From the IMG/VR virus record IMGVR_UViG_3300037424_000892, positions 1 to 30,112 of that record: 30,112 nucleotides of DNA. One strand, given 5' to 3'. The DNA is from a virus (lineage: Duplodnaviria > Caudoviricetes). A program made the position numbers and the translations under genes. A model generated the notes under the pieces. It searched no databases and was not told where the DNA came from. It saw nothing but the letters and a program-made list of their open reading frames with translations. Of this stretch, positions 7,936 to 17,104 are shown one piece after another. The first letter of the stretch is position 1, and every line of letters begins with the position of its first letter.

Positions 7936-8382
7936 ATGACTGTCCAGAGCAGAGCAGACCAGGCCAACCTGGCGTTTATCCTGTCCGGGAATTCGCTTTT
8001 CCGTGACAACGAAACCATTCTGACGGACGCCGCCCGGGTTGCGCCGCTGGTTTTCGGTACGGTCATGGCCAAGGTGTCGGCCTCGGGTAAATGGGTCCCC
8101 TTCACCGACCCCACCGCGGTCGATGGAACGGCCACCGCCCGCGGCGTCTATATCGGCCCGGATATCACCGCCGCCGCGCTGGTTGCCGGCGACGTCGTAG
8201 GCGTTCCCGTCCTGTTCGGCGGTTGCTGCACGATCGATGCGCAGCAACTCGTTATTGAAACCGGGACCCTCGCCACCGTGGTGGGAGCTGCCACCGTCAA
8301 TAACCATACCGTCCAGGACGACCTGGCCCGGTTCGGTATCTTTGTCGAGGACACTATCGACATTGACGCCTTTGAAAACTAA
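7936..8382 (+). CDS. head decoration protein (gpD-like)
   Basis: 148 aa between protease and capsid; GTVMAKV-SGKWVP-AVDGTATARGV pattern. Confidence 0.8.
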   Translation: MTVQSRADQANLAFILSGNSLFRDNETILTDAARVAPLVFGTVMAKVSASGKWVPFTDPTAVDGTATARGVYIGPDITAAALVAGDVVGVPVLFGGCCTIDAQQLVIETGTLATVVGAATVNNHTVQDDLARFGIFVEDTIDIDAFEN

Positions 8383-8397
8383 GGAGGACGCGACGAC

Positions 8398-9606
8398 ATG
8401 AGCACGCCTGCACCGCAAGACCTTTTTTCCCGATTCATGGCCGGAGCGTTTGACGAGAAGAACATCGTCGCCGTCTCCACCGGTTTTCAGGCGTTTTTCG
8501 GGCGCCCGGAGAACGGTTCGGAAACCATTTTCTCCCCGGACAGCAACGCCGTGGATATCGACATTATCCGCGGAAACGAGCGCATTTCTGCCCTGATCCC
8601 CCGCGGGACGGTTTCCCGGTCCCTCGGGAGCCTGCAAAAAAATCTCCGCTCGGAAAAAATGAGCACCTTCTCCCGCAAGTATCCCCTTTCGGAGGAGGAG
8701 GGCGACATTACCGGGGACATTCTCCTCAATCGCGTTGCGGGGGAAAACCCCTACAACAAAATGACCCGCATGGACCGGCTCCGCTACCATGCGCTCAAGA
8801 TCCATCATGAGAATATCCGCAAGCAGGTCCGTATGTTCGAGGTCCTGGCCGCTCAGTCCATCATGACCGGCAAACAGGACGCGATTATCGGAACGACCAA
8901 CGCGGATCTGCAGTACGATTTCCGCCGCAAGTCAACCCACACCGTGACCGTGGGGAACGCCTGGTCCGGCGGCGCCGCCACCATCCTGGCCGACATTGAC
9001 GCCGGCTGTGCCAAAGTCCGCGCCAACGGCCGGACCATGCCGGACATGATGATCCTCGGCTCCACCGCTATGAATTCCTTTGTCAAGGACGCGACCGTCG
9101 CGGCCCTGGCCGACAACCGCCGGTTTGAATTCATGGCGATTGGCCGCAACAACGTCCTCCCCGCAAAATTCCAGCGGTTTGTGGACGGGGGTTTCATTCC
9201 TCAAGGGTCCCTGCGGACCCCCGCGGGTTTCGAGCTCTACCTCTTCACCTACCTGGAAATCTACAACGAGCCCGCCGCCGGCGTGGCTACCAAGTACCTG
9301 GCCGACGACAAGGTTATCCTTGCCGCCAGCTCCGCCCGCTGTGACCGGTATTTTGGTCCTCCGGAAAACCTCCCCATGGTCCCGATGCGTGAAGCGCTTT
9401 ACCGGGACTATTTCGGGTTTGACCCCAACGCGGCGCCCATGCCCGGCAAAATGCGGGCCGCCAGCAACGTTATCGACTCGTCCATGTTTTACGCGGACGC
9501 CTACGTTTCCGGGGACTGGAAAAAGATCACTGTCCGGAGCCAGACGGCCCCGATTTTCGCAACCACTCAGACGGACGCATTCGTCACAATCGACACGGAG
9601 CCCTAA
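8398..9606 (+). CDS. major capsid protein, lambda gpE family
   Basis: 402 aa, AGGAGG RBS, position after the decoration gene, followed by a terminator; C-terminal SQTAPIF motif. Confidence 0.9.
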   Translation: MSTPAPQDLFSRFMAGAFDEKNIVAVSTGFQAFFGRPENGSETIFSPDSNAVDIDIIRGNERISALIPRGTVSRSLGSLQKNLRSEKMSTFSRKYPLSEEEGDITGDILLNRVAGENPYNKMTRMDRLRYHALKIHHENIRKQVRMFEVLAAQSIMTGKQDAIIGTTNADLQYDFRRKSTHTVTVGNAWSGGAATILADIDAGCAKVRANGRTMPDMMILGSTAMNSFVKDATVAALADNRRFEFMAIGRNNVLPAKFQRFVDGGFIPQGSLRTPAGFELYLFTYLEIYNEPAAGVATKYLADDKVILAASSARCDRYFGPPENLPMVPMREALYRDYFGFDPNAAPMPGKMRAASNVIDSSMFYADAYVSGDWKKITVRSQTAPIFATTQTDAFVTIDTEP

Positions 9607-9616
9607 ACGTTGATCG

Positions 9617-9649
9617 ATAAGCCCGACTCTCGGGTCGGGCTTATTTTTT
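9617..9649 (+). terminator. Rho-independent terminator after the capsid gene
   Basis: ataagcccgac-tctcgg-gtcgggcttat followed by a T-run. Confidence 0.85.
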
Positions 9650-9697
9650 GAGCGTTTAAACCACCACCACCGCAACCATAAACGAGGAGGTCCGAAC

Positions 9698-10036
9698 ATG
9701 GCGCATTACTGGAACGGCACCGGCGTGTATTCGCTGGGGGATAAGGATTACGAAAAAGGGGACGAAATCCCGGGGCTGGACAAAGCCACCGCGGCCCGTC
9801 TGGCTAAAAAGGATTTGATCGTCTCGGAGCTTCCCCGCCCGGGCCGCCCCTCCGGGGAAACCGCGCAGCTCAAGGCGCAAATCGTCAAACTGAAAGAGGA
9901 CAACCGGGAGGAACTCGAACTCCTGACCGCCGAACGCGACGAGCTCCGCCAGAACCTCGAGGACGCCCGGGCGACCATTGAGGCCCTGACCGCTGCCAAA
10001 CCCGCGGAGCCGGCCGGAGCCGACCCGAAAAAGTAG
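9698..10036 (+). CDS. hypothetical head-associated protein with coiled coil (gpFI-like position)
   Basis: GAGGAGGT RBS; short beta N-terminus (YEKGDEIP) followed by an acidic heptad region. Confidence 0.7.
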   Translation: MAHYWNGTGVYSLGDKDYEKGDEIPGLDKATAARLAKKDLIVSELPRPGRPSGETAQLKAQIVKLKEDNREELELLTAERDELRQNLEDARATIEALTAAKPAEPAGADPKK

Positions 10037-10048
10037 AGCCCCGAAAGC

Positions 10049-10077
10049 GTGGCCCGTCCAGCGACGGGCCACAATTT
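10049..10077 (+). terminator. 10-bp hairpin, weak terminator or processing site
   Basis: gtggcccgtc-cagc-gacgggccac followed by aattt. Confidence 0.45.
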
Positions 10078-10108
10078 GAGGGCTTAACCCATAGCCGGAG
10101 GCCGGACC

Positions 10109-10246
10109 ATGAAAATCAAAAAGGGCAAAACGCTGTATATCGGCGGGAAGAAATACCGCGGGGAAATCCCCGACGACCAGGTCCCCGCGGGGCTTAGAGC
10201 GCAGGAGCTCCCCGCGCCGGTAGCCCGGGAGAAACGGGAGAAATGA
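10109..10246 (+). CDS. small hypothetical protein (45 aa), not in ORF track
   Basis: GGAGG RBS; MKIKKGKTLYIGGKKYRGEIPDDQVPAGLRAQELPAPVAREKREK; ATGA overlap with the next gene. Confidence 0.7.
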   Translation: MKIKKGKTLYIGGKKYRGEIPDDQVPAGLRAQELPAPVAREKREK

Positions 10247-10626
10247 ACCTCCGCGAACTTGCCGAAAAGGATTTAGGCCGGACTCTTGAGGGGGATTGGT
10301 CCCTCCCGGTTAACCTGATTGACCCCGACGGCGTCCGGTACAACGGCCTCCGGGGTCAAGTCCTTTTTGACATTGTGCGCGTCAATCCCGAAACCGGGGA
10401 GGAGGTAACCGTCCCGACCCCGGTTGTGTCTCTCCGCCGTTCCTCCCTGGTCCGGATCCCGTTGCCCGGGGAGAATTGGATCGTTGAAACCCCCGGCGCC
10501 CCCAGCGAAACGGCGCCCATGGTTCAGCGCGTTATCAGCCCGACCCGGCCGCCGGAGGGCGGGGCGTCAATCGGCTTTATTCGTATCTACCTGCAGGATG
10601 TAGAGCAAAGCGCGGCCCCCGTATGA
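10243..10626 (+). CDS. head-tail joining/closure protein
   Basis: 127 aa, beta-rich, neck position. Confidence 0.65.
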   Translation: MNLRELAEKDLGRTLEGDWSLPVNLIDPDGVRYNGLRGQVLFDIVRVNPETGEEVTVPTPVVSLRRSSLVRIPLPGENWIVETPGAPSETAPMVQRVISPTRPPEGGASIGFIRIYLQDVEQSAAPV

Positions 10627-11255
10627 TGAACTTTCGAACAGTCAACCAGGCGATTATTGACACGCTCGGCGCAGCCGCAGCGGGCCGCTTTCAAGTGGTC
10701 GGATACCAGCGCCAGGTAAAAAGCGCTCAGGAGGTCAAGAATAGCGGCCGCATGGTTCAAAGTTATTACGCGGCGGGGGATTTCCCTAAATCCGCAGGAC
10801 GTCAAACGGGGCCGACTCAGCACAACATGGTTTTTTCAATCGGTTTAACGGTATCCGCACCGGCCCGCCTGGACCTGGCCGCGATAAATAACCCTGCCTC
10901 GAGCGCGGTGCAAGTGGGCGCCGCGCTGGCCGCCCTGCAGGAAGCCGCGGACTCGGCGGATTTATTGCTTGACGAATTGGCGGAATACGTTTATCAAATA
11001 CTTATGGACGGGCGGAATTTTGATTTGGGTTTACCGGTCGGGACCGTCTCGAAACGCTGGGTTAACTCTATCCGGAAAGACACCCCCGCACCGGAGGGTG
11101 CCCTTGTGGTATTAACCGGGACGGTCGAGTTTAGCTGTAACACAGTGGAGGATATCCTCGGAGATACGGGGACCGTTGGCGGTATCGTCTCAACTGTTTT
11201 GGATATTGACGGCGACGCCGTGGAACGCACGGGCGTTGAAACAAACAACCCGTAA
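10623..11255 (+). CDS. tail completion/terminator-like protein
   Basis: 210 aa directly before the sheath gene; call by position. Confidence 0.55.
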   Translation: MMNFRTVNQAIIDTLGAAAAGRFQVVGYQRQVKSAQEVKNSGRMVQSYYAAGDFPKSAGRQTGPTQHNMVFSIGLTVSAPARLDLAAINNPASSAVQVGAALAALQEAADSADLLLDELAEYVYQILMDGRNFDLGLPVGTVSKRWVNSIRKDTPAPEGALVVLTGTVEFSCNTVEDILGDTGTVGGIVSTVLDIDGDAVERTGVETNNP

Positions 11256-11270
11256 AAGGAGAAAATTATC

Positions 11271-12836
11271 ATGGCCCTTAACCAGACGTCCCTGGCCGCG
11301 GCGGTAGGCTCCGCGGTCCGAAACGTACAATTTCAAAGTGAAGCGCTGAACCTGGCCCGGAAGATCCTGATTATCGGAACTTTCGACCCGGCAAAGGTTT
11401 CCGTCGTTCCGGAGGTCCCTGTCCAGGTCCTCAGCCCGGAGGATGCCGGGGACCGGTTCGGTTTCGGGTCCATGGTCCACCGCATGGCCGTCCAGGCGTT
11501 TACCGGCGGTAATGGGGTCCCTACTTACGTCCTCCCGCAGGCGGAGGCTGTGGCGGCTGTGGCGGCCGCTGGTAGCGTTGACTTTACCGGCTCCGCAGCG
11601 GTAGCCGCGGGAACGGTTTTTCTCTACGTCGCCGGCCTGGCGGTTCCGGTCACCATTCCGGCCGCAGCCACCCCGGACGCTATCGCCGCCGCGGTAGCCG
11701 CCGCGGTCAACGCGGTGAAGGAACTCCCCGCCTCCGCCGCGGTTGACGGCGTTACAACCGCCAAGGTCAACATTACCGCAAAGAGCAAGGGCCCCTGGGG
11801 GAATGATATCTCCGTCGTCCTCAACCTCGGCGCCGGCCAGGCCCTCCCCTCGGGCGTCCTGGCCGCGGTTATCGACATGGCCGACGGCGCGGGCGTCCCG
11901 ACCATGGCCGACGCGCTGGACGCGCTGGGGACCGACGACGGTGCCAACGAGGCGTTTTATACCGACGTTGTCCACGGTTACGGCTCGGACACGGTTACCC
12001 TTGACGCGGTTTCGGCCTACGTCGGGGCCGGTAACGACTTCCTGGGGCTCTACGGCAAAACCGTTGCCCGTCCTTTCCGGGTCCTGATCGGGGACACCGC
12101 GCCGGATCCCGCGGGCCTGGCGGCCCTTATCGCTATTTCCGACCTCCGCAAAACGGACCGCGCCAGCGGAATTCTGGCCGTCCCCGGCTCCGCCAGCCAC
12201 CCGGCCGAAATCGCGGCGCAGGCCGTGGGGCACATGGCCCGCATTGCGCAGGACCGCGTGGCGCAGAGTTATCTGGATATCCAGCTTATCGGGATTGACC
12301 CGGGCGCCAAGTCGGGCCGCTGGACAAACGACTATGATAACCGGGATACCGCGGTCAAGTCCGGAATCAGCCCGACCCGGGTACGCTCGGGCGCCGTCTA
12401 CTTGCAAAACGTGGTTACCTTTTACCGCCCGGACTCCGTGCCGGTCAGCTCGAACGGTTACCGCAGCATGCGCAATATTGCGATTATCCAGAATATTCTG
12501 CAAAACGTCCTGGTCAATTTCGAACAGGAAAAATGGCAGGGTATCAGCATTGTGGCGGACGTTACCCGCGTGACCAATACGACGGACCGCCAGAAAGCCC
12601 GCGACATTGACGCGGTCAAGGACGACCTTACCGCGCTGGCCCGCTCTTTCGAGGCCCACGCCTGGATTTACACCGCGGATTTCACGATTGCCAAACTCAA
12701 GGAAGCGGGAGCCGTGTCTATCCGGGCGGGCGGGCTCGGTTTCGACAACGTCCTCAGCGTCATTTTTAGCGGGGAGGGCGGTATCCTGGACACCGTCACG
12801 GAATTCGACACGTCCCTTGCTGTTCTTCTCAATTAA
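11271..12836 (+). CDS. contractile tail sheath protein (Mu gpL-like)
   Basis: KILIIG, FGFGSMVHRM, TAKSKGPWGNDI and GISPTRV motifs. Confidence 0.92.
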   Translation: MALNQTSLAAAVGSAVRNVQFQSEALNLARKILIIGTFDPAKVSVVPEVPVQVLSPEDAGDRFGFGSMVHRMAVQAFTGGNGVPTYVLPQAEAVAAVAAAGSVDFTGSAAVAAGTVFLYVAGLAVPVTIPAAATPDAIAAAVAAAVNAVKELPASAAVDGVTTAKVNITAKSKGPWGNDISVVLNLGAGQALPSGVLAAVIDMADGAGVPTMADALDALGTDDGANEAFYTDVVHGYGSDTVTLDAVSAYVGAGNDFLGLYGKTVARPFRVLIGDTAPDPAGLAALIAISDLRKTDRASGILAVPGSASHPAEIAAQAVGHMARIAQDRVAQSYLDIQLIGIDPGAKSGRWTNDYDNRDTAVKSGISPTRVRSGAVYLQNVVTFYRPDSVPVSSNGYRSMRNIAIIQNILQNVLVNFEQEKWQGISIVADVTRVTNTTDRQKARDIDAVKDDLTALARSFEAHAWIYTADFTIAKLKEAGAVSIRAGGLGFDNVLSVIFSGEGGILDTVTEFDTSLAVLLN

Positions 12837-12850
12837 GGAGGCCCTAGACC

Positions 12851-13234
12851 ATGTCCAAGGATATCACGGGAACAATCAGAAAGGTAACGCTGGACGGCGT
12901 GACGTTTGACGTCATGGCGGACACGAACGTTACCGAAGTGGGGAGCGGCTGGCAAAACGAGGCCGTCCCTACCAGCGGCCGGAACCTCCGGAAAATGACC
13001 AAACGGGTAGAAACCCGGGAGGGCATTACTCTGGCCTGTAACGGCGCGGAGCGGGAAGTCCTCAAGGACCTGGCCGACCGTTCCGCCGATTTCCCCATGT
13101 CCTACGAAACCGCCGCCGGGGACGTCTACCGGGCCACCGGCTGGATCGAATTCGAGAACAGGGAAACCGAAGAAAGCCGCGCAACGATCCAGATGCTCCC
13201 CCGCAATAGCTGGGACGCATTCCTCGCCGGTTAA
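12851..13234 (+). CDS. tail tube protein (Mu gpM-like)
   Basis: 127 aa after the sheath gene; AAGGAGG RBS. Confidence 0.85.
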   Translation: MSKDITGTIRKVTLDGVTFDVMADTNVTEVGSGWQNEAVPTSGRNLRKMTKRVETREGITLACNGAEREVLKDLADRSADFPMSYETAAGDVYRATGWIEFENRETEESRATIQMLPRNSWDAFLAG

Positions 13235-13240
13235 ACCATA

Positions 13241-13305
13241 GGCCCCTGGATTCCTCCCTCCTGTGGTGGGGGTGGAGGATGAAGGGGGCCGCTTTCCCCC
13301 ACCAC
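13241..13305 (+). other. candidate RNA pseudoknot in the tube-chaperone intergenic region
   Basis: GGCCCC/GGGGCC and TCCTCC/GGAGGA stems; loop GTGGTGGGGG (13263-13272) is perfectly complementary to CCCCCACCAC (13296-13305). Confidence 0.55.
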
Positions 13306-13323
13306 GAATAGGAGTTAATTGTT

Positions 13324-13782
13324 ATGGCCAGCAAGTACGCATTACGCAAAGCGCCGGACTTCATCATTTCGGAAGAATCCGCCACGGACCAGGTTGTTAC
13401 CCTCCTCGAGTATTACGACATTGACGTCGAGGCCGCCAGCGACGTGGAAAACGAGGAAAGCGGAATCAGCCCCCGCGTGGGCATGGAGCGGGCGCTCGAC
13501 CAACTGGCGGTTTATGTCCGCCGCGGAATCCTCGAAATCAGCGCGGACAAGGACAGCAAAATCAAAGTTTGTCAAACCCTCGCCGGCGGGGAAACGATCA
13601 ATTACAAGGAAGTCAACGCCCGCGCTAAACTGGCCATGGATCGGGTAAAGGGTAAGGGGTACACCCGCGTCTATGCCTTTATGTCGTCCCTCGCCAGTCT
13701 CCCCCCGGGCGCTATCGAAAAACTCCCCCCGCGGGACCTGGCCGTTGTGGAGGTCCTGGGGACGGTTTTTTTGAATGCGTAA
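13324..13782 (+). CDS. tail assembly chaperone
   Basis: Between tube and tape measure; C-terminal IEKLPPRDLAVV motif; ends at a slippery T-run. Confidence 0.85.
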   Translation: MASKYALRKAPDFIISEESATDQVVTLLEYYDIDVEAASDVENEESGISPRVGMERALDQLAVYVRRGILEISADKDSKIKVCQTLAGGETINYKEVNARAKLAMDRVKGKGYTRVYAFMSSLASLPPGAIEKLPPRDLAVVEVLGTVFLNA

Positions 13783-13958
13783 CCCGCAACGCCGTGGGGC
13801 TTGAAACCTCCGTCGTTAGCCGGCTGGATGCTTGGATCGGGGCGGTTTTCTATCGGGGGATAAACCCCTCGGGCATGGGTTACGCGGATTTAAGATACTG
13901 GAACCAATGGCACGAAAAAATAGCGGACGCCGAACTCAAAGCCGCAAAGGGGACTTAA
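13767..13958 (+). CDS. -1 programmed frameshift extension of the tail chaperone (G-T / E-E' type)
   Basis: T TTT TTG at 13767-13773. The -1 frame is open (FECVTRNAVG...MGYADLRYWNQWHEKIADAELKAAKGT) to TAA 13956-13958, abutting the tape measure start. Confidence 0.85.
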   Translation, partial: FFECVTRNAVGLETSVVSRLDAWIGAVFYRGINPSGMGYADLRYWNQWHEKIADAELKAAKGT

Positions 13959-15857
13959 TTGCCTGATTACGCCGTATCAACCGCATTCACCGCAAACAAT
14001 AAAGTCGGGCGGGTATTTGACGCCATGGGCCGGGATGCGGATAAATTCGGCGGGAAAGCGTCCGCAGCGTTTAACAAGGCCGGCCGCTCAGGGTCCCGGT
14101 TTGGCGATATCGTCAAGGGGGTACTGGCGGCCGGCGTTATTCAAAGGGGTTTCGGGATGCTGGCTGCGGGCCTCCGGAACGTCACGGGCCAATTTGTGGA
14201 ATTTGACGACGCGGTTATCGGAGCCGCAGCGCGTTTTAAGGATATCGGCCCCGACGCGGCGAATTTTGACGACCAGCTCAACCTGATAAAACGGAGCGCC
14301 AGGGACGCCGGCGCGGCTACCAAATTCACAGCGGCGCAGGCGGCCGCGGGTCTGGACTTTCTGGCCCGGGCGGGCTTTACCTCCGCGGAGGCTATGGGGT
14401 CCCTCACCTCTATGATCAACCTCGCAACGTCCACCGGGGAGGATTTCGCCACGGTTGCGGACTATTCCAGCGACCTCCTGGGGGCGTTTGGCCTCTCGGT
14501 CAACGACACCGCGCAAAAAATCGCCAACCTCAACCGCCTAAACGACGTATTGGTCAAGTCCGCCAACTCGGCAAACGTGACCGTGGAGACAATGTTCGAA
14601 ACCATGAAAACCGCCGGCCCGGTTTCCCGTATTATCGGGGCCAGCCTCGAGGAGGTGGCCGCGGCTACGGCGATCCTCGGCAACGCAGGTATCAAGGGCA
14701 CAGAGGCCGCCACGGCTTTGAAAAATTCCATGTTGCGCCTGGCGGACGCCAATATCCAAAAGATGCTACATGCCAACGGCGTAGAGGTAGCGGATAGCGC
14801 CGGCAACATGCGGAAGTATTCGGTTATCCTCTCGGAGCTCGGGAACAAAATAAAAGGACTCGGAACCGCCAAACAGGCGCAGATATTAAATGACGTCTTT
14901 GGGCTCCGGGCCATTGCCGGCGCTAAAACGTTAATGGAAAACCTGGGGGGCCTGTCCGAATTCGAGCAGATGCTCAAGGACGCGGCCGGCACGTCGGAAC
15001 GTACCGCCGACCGGTTAAAACAGTCCTGGGGTAATAGACTCCTGTCCCTCGGGTCCGCCGTCGCTGAGTTTGGTTTCCAAATCCTGGACGCATTCGGAAC
15101 GGACGGCAAGCGGGGAATTGATGCCATTACGGACTCAATCCGCAAATTTGATACGGGCCCGCTTATCGCAGGACTCCGGACCGCATGGTCGGTAGCCGTC
15201 GGGCTGTATGGCGCAATCGCTCCCTTTCTCCCACTCCTCCCCTACCTGATCGGCTGGTTTGTGATTTTCAAAACGCTTATGGCGGGCATGGGGGTTGCAC
15301 ATGCCGTCATGGGGTTTATTCAGTTTGCCATGGTCCTAAAAAACACCGCCGGCGCTATGGGCCTGCTAAATGTCATGATGACTGCTAACCCGGTGGGCCT
15401 GATCATTGCAGGGATTGCCGCTCTCATTGTCCTTTTTATCTACCTGGAAAAGCGCTTTGGGATTTTCTCCAAGGGCTGGGAAATGGTTAAAACGGCGTTT
15501 GTGGCAACCGTCGGATTCATGAAAACCGTTTTCATGCAGTTTGCCAGCTTTTACGTTAATCTATGGGCCGGGATTATCGGTACGGTTATCGCAGGGGTTT
15601 CCAAGTTGGGCGGGATGATCGGGATTGATACCTCCGGGCTTGACGCCCTGGCCGCCCGCGTCGAGAAATTCCGCTCGGAGGTAGACACCGCTGCCAACGG
15701 GGGGAGCCCCGCGCCGAATTCCAAGGAGGCGGAGGCCCGCCAAATCCAGTTTACGGGCCAGCTCAATATTGCCGGCGCCCCCGCGGGGTCCACAATGGAA
15801 AGCAAAACCACCGGCGCCCCGGCGCTCTCTACCAACCTGCTAGGGGTGAACCCATGA
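13959..15857 (+). CDS. tail tape measure protein (TP901-like core)
   Basis: TKFTAAQAAAGLDFLARAG, AGIKGTEAATAL and ANPVGLII motifs; TTG start. Confidence 0.93.
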   Translation: MPDYAVSTAFTANNKVGRVFDAMGRDADKFGGKASAAFNKAGRSGSRFGDIVKGVLAAGVIQRGFGMLAAGLRNVTGQFVEFDDAVIGAAARFKDIGPDAANFDDQLNLIKRSARDAGAATKFTAAQAAAGLDFLARAGFTSAEAMGSLTSMINLATSTGEDFATVADYSSDLLGAFGLSVNDTAQKIANLNRLNDVLVKSANSANVTVETMFETMKTAGPVSRIIGASLEEVAAATAILGNAGIKGTEAATALKNSMLRLADANIQKMLHANGVEVADSAGNMRKYSVILSELGNKIKGLGTAKQAQILNDVFGLRAIAGAKTLMENLGGLSEFEQMLKDAAGTSERTADRLKQSWGNRLLSLGSAVAEFGFQILDAFGTDGKRGIDAITDSIRKFDTGPLIAGLRTAWSVAVGLYGAIAPFLPLLPYLIGWFVIFKTLMAGMGVAHAVMGFIQFAMVLKNTAGAMGLLNVMMTANPVGLIIAGIAALIVLFIYLEKRFGIFSKGWEMVKTAFVATVGFMKTVFMQFASFYVNLWAGIIGTVIAGVSKLGGMIGIDTSGLDALAARVEKFRSEVDTAANGGSPAPNSKEAEARQIQFTGQLNIAGAPAGSTMESKTTGAPALSTNLLGVNP

Positions 15858-17104
15858 CATGGCGCGACCGGGTCCAGACTGAAATAACGCTACTCTCCCC
15901 CAGCGGGCAGCAGTTTAGCGCCGCGTGGTCGGGCAACGCCCGGACCGTCGAAAAGCGGCTCGGGGTTTTTGAATTCCCGAACCTGCCCGGGGCCCGCGTC
16001 CAGGACATGGGCGTCGGGGCGGATTCCTACCCGCTCAATTTTGCGTTTGAGGGGGCGGACCACGACCTTGAGGGGGAGCGCTTTTTCACCGCCTGCAAAG
16101 AAACGGGAACCTGGACGATTAACCACCCAGTCAAGGGGGTTAAAGTCCTGCAACTGATCAAGGTAACGGAGGAGGTCCAGCCCGTGACCTCCGGCAATAT
16201 AACGGCCATTGCTACGGAATGGATCGAACCCACTACGGACACGCTAACCGCCAGCGTTACGCAACTGGCCGACGCGATCCGGACGCAATCCGCCGCGCTG
16301 CAGGAGGTAGCCGCGGACCAACTGGCGGCCGTGGTCGAATTGGATACGCCGTCAAAAATAACCGCATTTAAAAACGCCCTGGAGAAAGCGGCCGCCGCGA
16401 TCGACAAGGCCTTGGCGCCGCTCCGCCAGCAACTCGCCACGGTAAACGCCGCAGCAACGAGCGTCAAGCGGGGGATAACGTCCGGCCTTAACGCCGTGGC
16501 GCTGGACGTCCTAAGCCTGGGGGGTCAGATTCAGACTATGGTAACCCTCCCCGGTATGGCCGTCGAGGATATGGGCGTCCGCTTTGACTATTACCAGGCA
16601 CTTATTTCCGACATGATGGGGGTAGCCCCGGAGACGGACGAGGAAAGCGGAATAAATACCGCCGCCGTCCAGGAGATTGTTTTGACCTCGGCCCTTGTGG
16701 CGTTAGCGGACGCGGTTGTCACGGGGGACTTGACCAGCCGGGAGGACGCTATCGGTTTCCTGGAGGCCACCGGCGCGGCCTTTGTCGGGATTACCGAAAC
16801 GCTGGACAAATCGCAGGCGCTCTACCTGGACAACGCGATCGACGCGCAATATTTCAGCCAGTCCCAAAGTTTCAACGACGCGGCGTTATTGGTCGGGCAG
16901 ATTTCGGCGCTCCTACTCCGCAAATCGTTTGACCTGGCCGCGGCTAAACGGTTCACACTCCGCCGGCCGCGGGCACCGGTTGAAATCTCAGCAACCGAAT
17001 ATGGCGACCTAGACCATCTGGATTTTTTCATTTCGTCAAACGGGCTCAAGGGCGGGGAAATCCTACTCCTGCCCGCCGGGCGTGAAATCGTGGTCTATTT
17101 ATGA
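15854..17104 (+). CDS. DNA circularization/tail protein (Mu gpN-like)
   Basis: MTWRDR start, FEFPN-VQDMG and GTWTINHP motifs. Confidence 0.85.
   Translation: MTWRDRVQTEITLLSPSGQQFSAAWSGNARTVEKRLGVFEFPNLPGARVQDMGVGADSYPLNFAFEGADHDLEGERFFTACKETGTWTINHPVKGVKVLQLIKVTEEVQPVTSGNITAIATEWIEPTTDTLTASVTQLADAIRTQSAALQEVAADQLAAVVELDTPSKITAFKNALEKAAAAIDKALAPLRQQLATVNAAATSVKRGITSGLNAVALDVLSLGGQIQTMVTLPGMAVEDMGVRFDYYQALISDMMGVAPETDEESGINTAAVQEIVLTSALVALADAVVTGDLTSREDAIGFLEATGAAFVGITETLDKSQALYLDNAIDAQYFSQSQSFNDAALLVGQISALLLRKSFDLAAAKRFTLRRPRAPVEISATEYGDLDHLDFFISSNGLKGGEILLLPAGREIVVYL

Noticed and set aside
6637-8808. 723-aa minus-strand ORF
   Set aside because: Antisense shadow of the protease, decoration and capsid genes, expected from GC-rich codon bias; no recognisable motifs.
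10037-10085. Possible ribozyme (GAAA next to stems)
   Set aside because: No CUGANGA hammerhead core on either strand; only a simple hairpin is supported.
11190-12659. 489-aa minus-strand ORF and many similar short antisense ORFs
   Set aside because: Lie opposite well-supported structural genes and show no independent coding signal.
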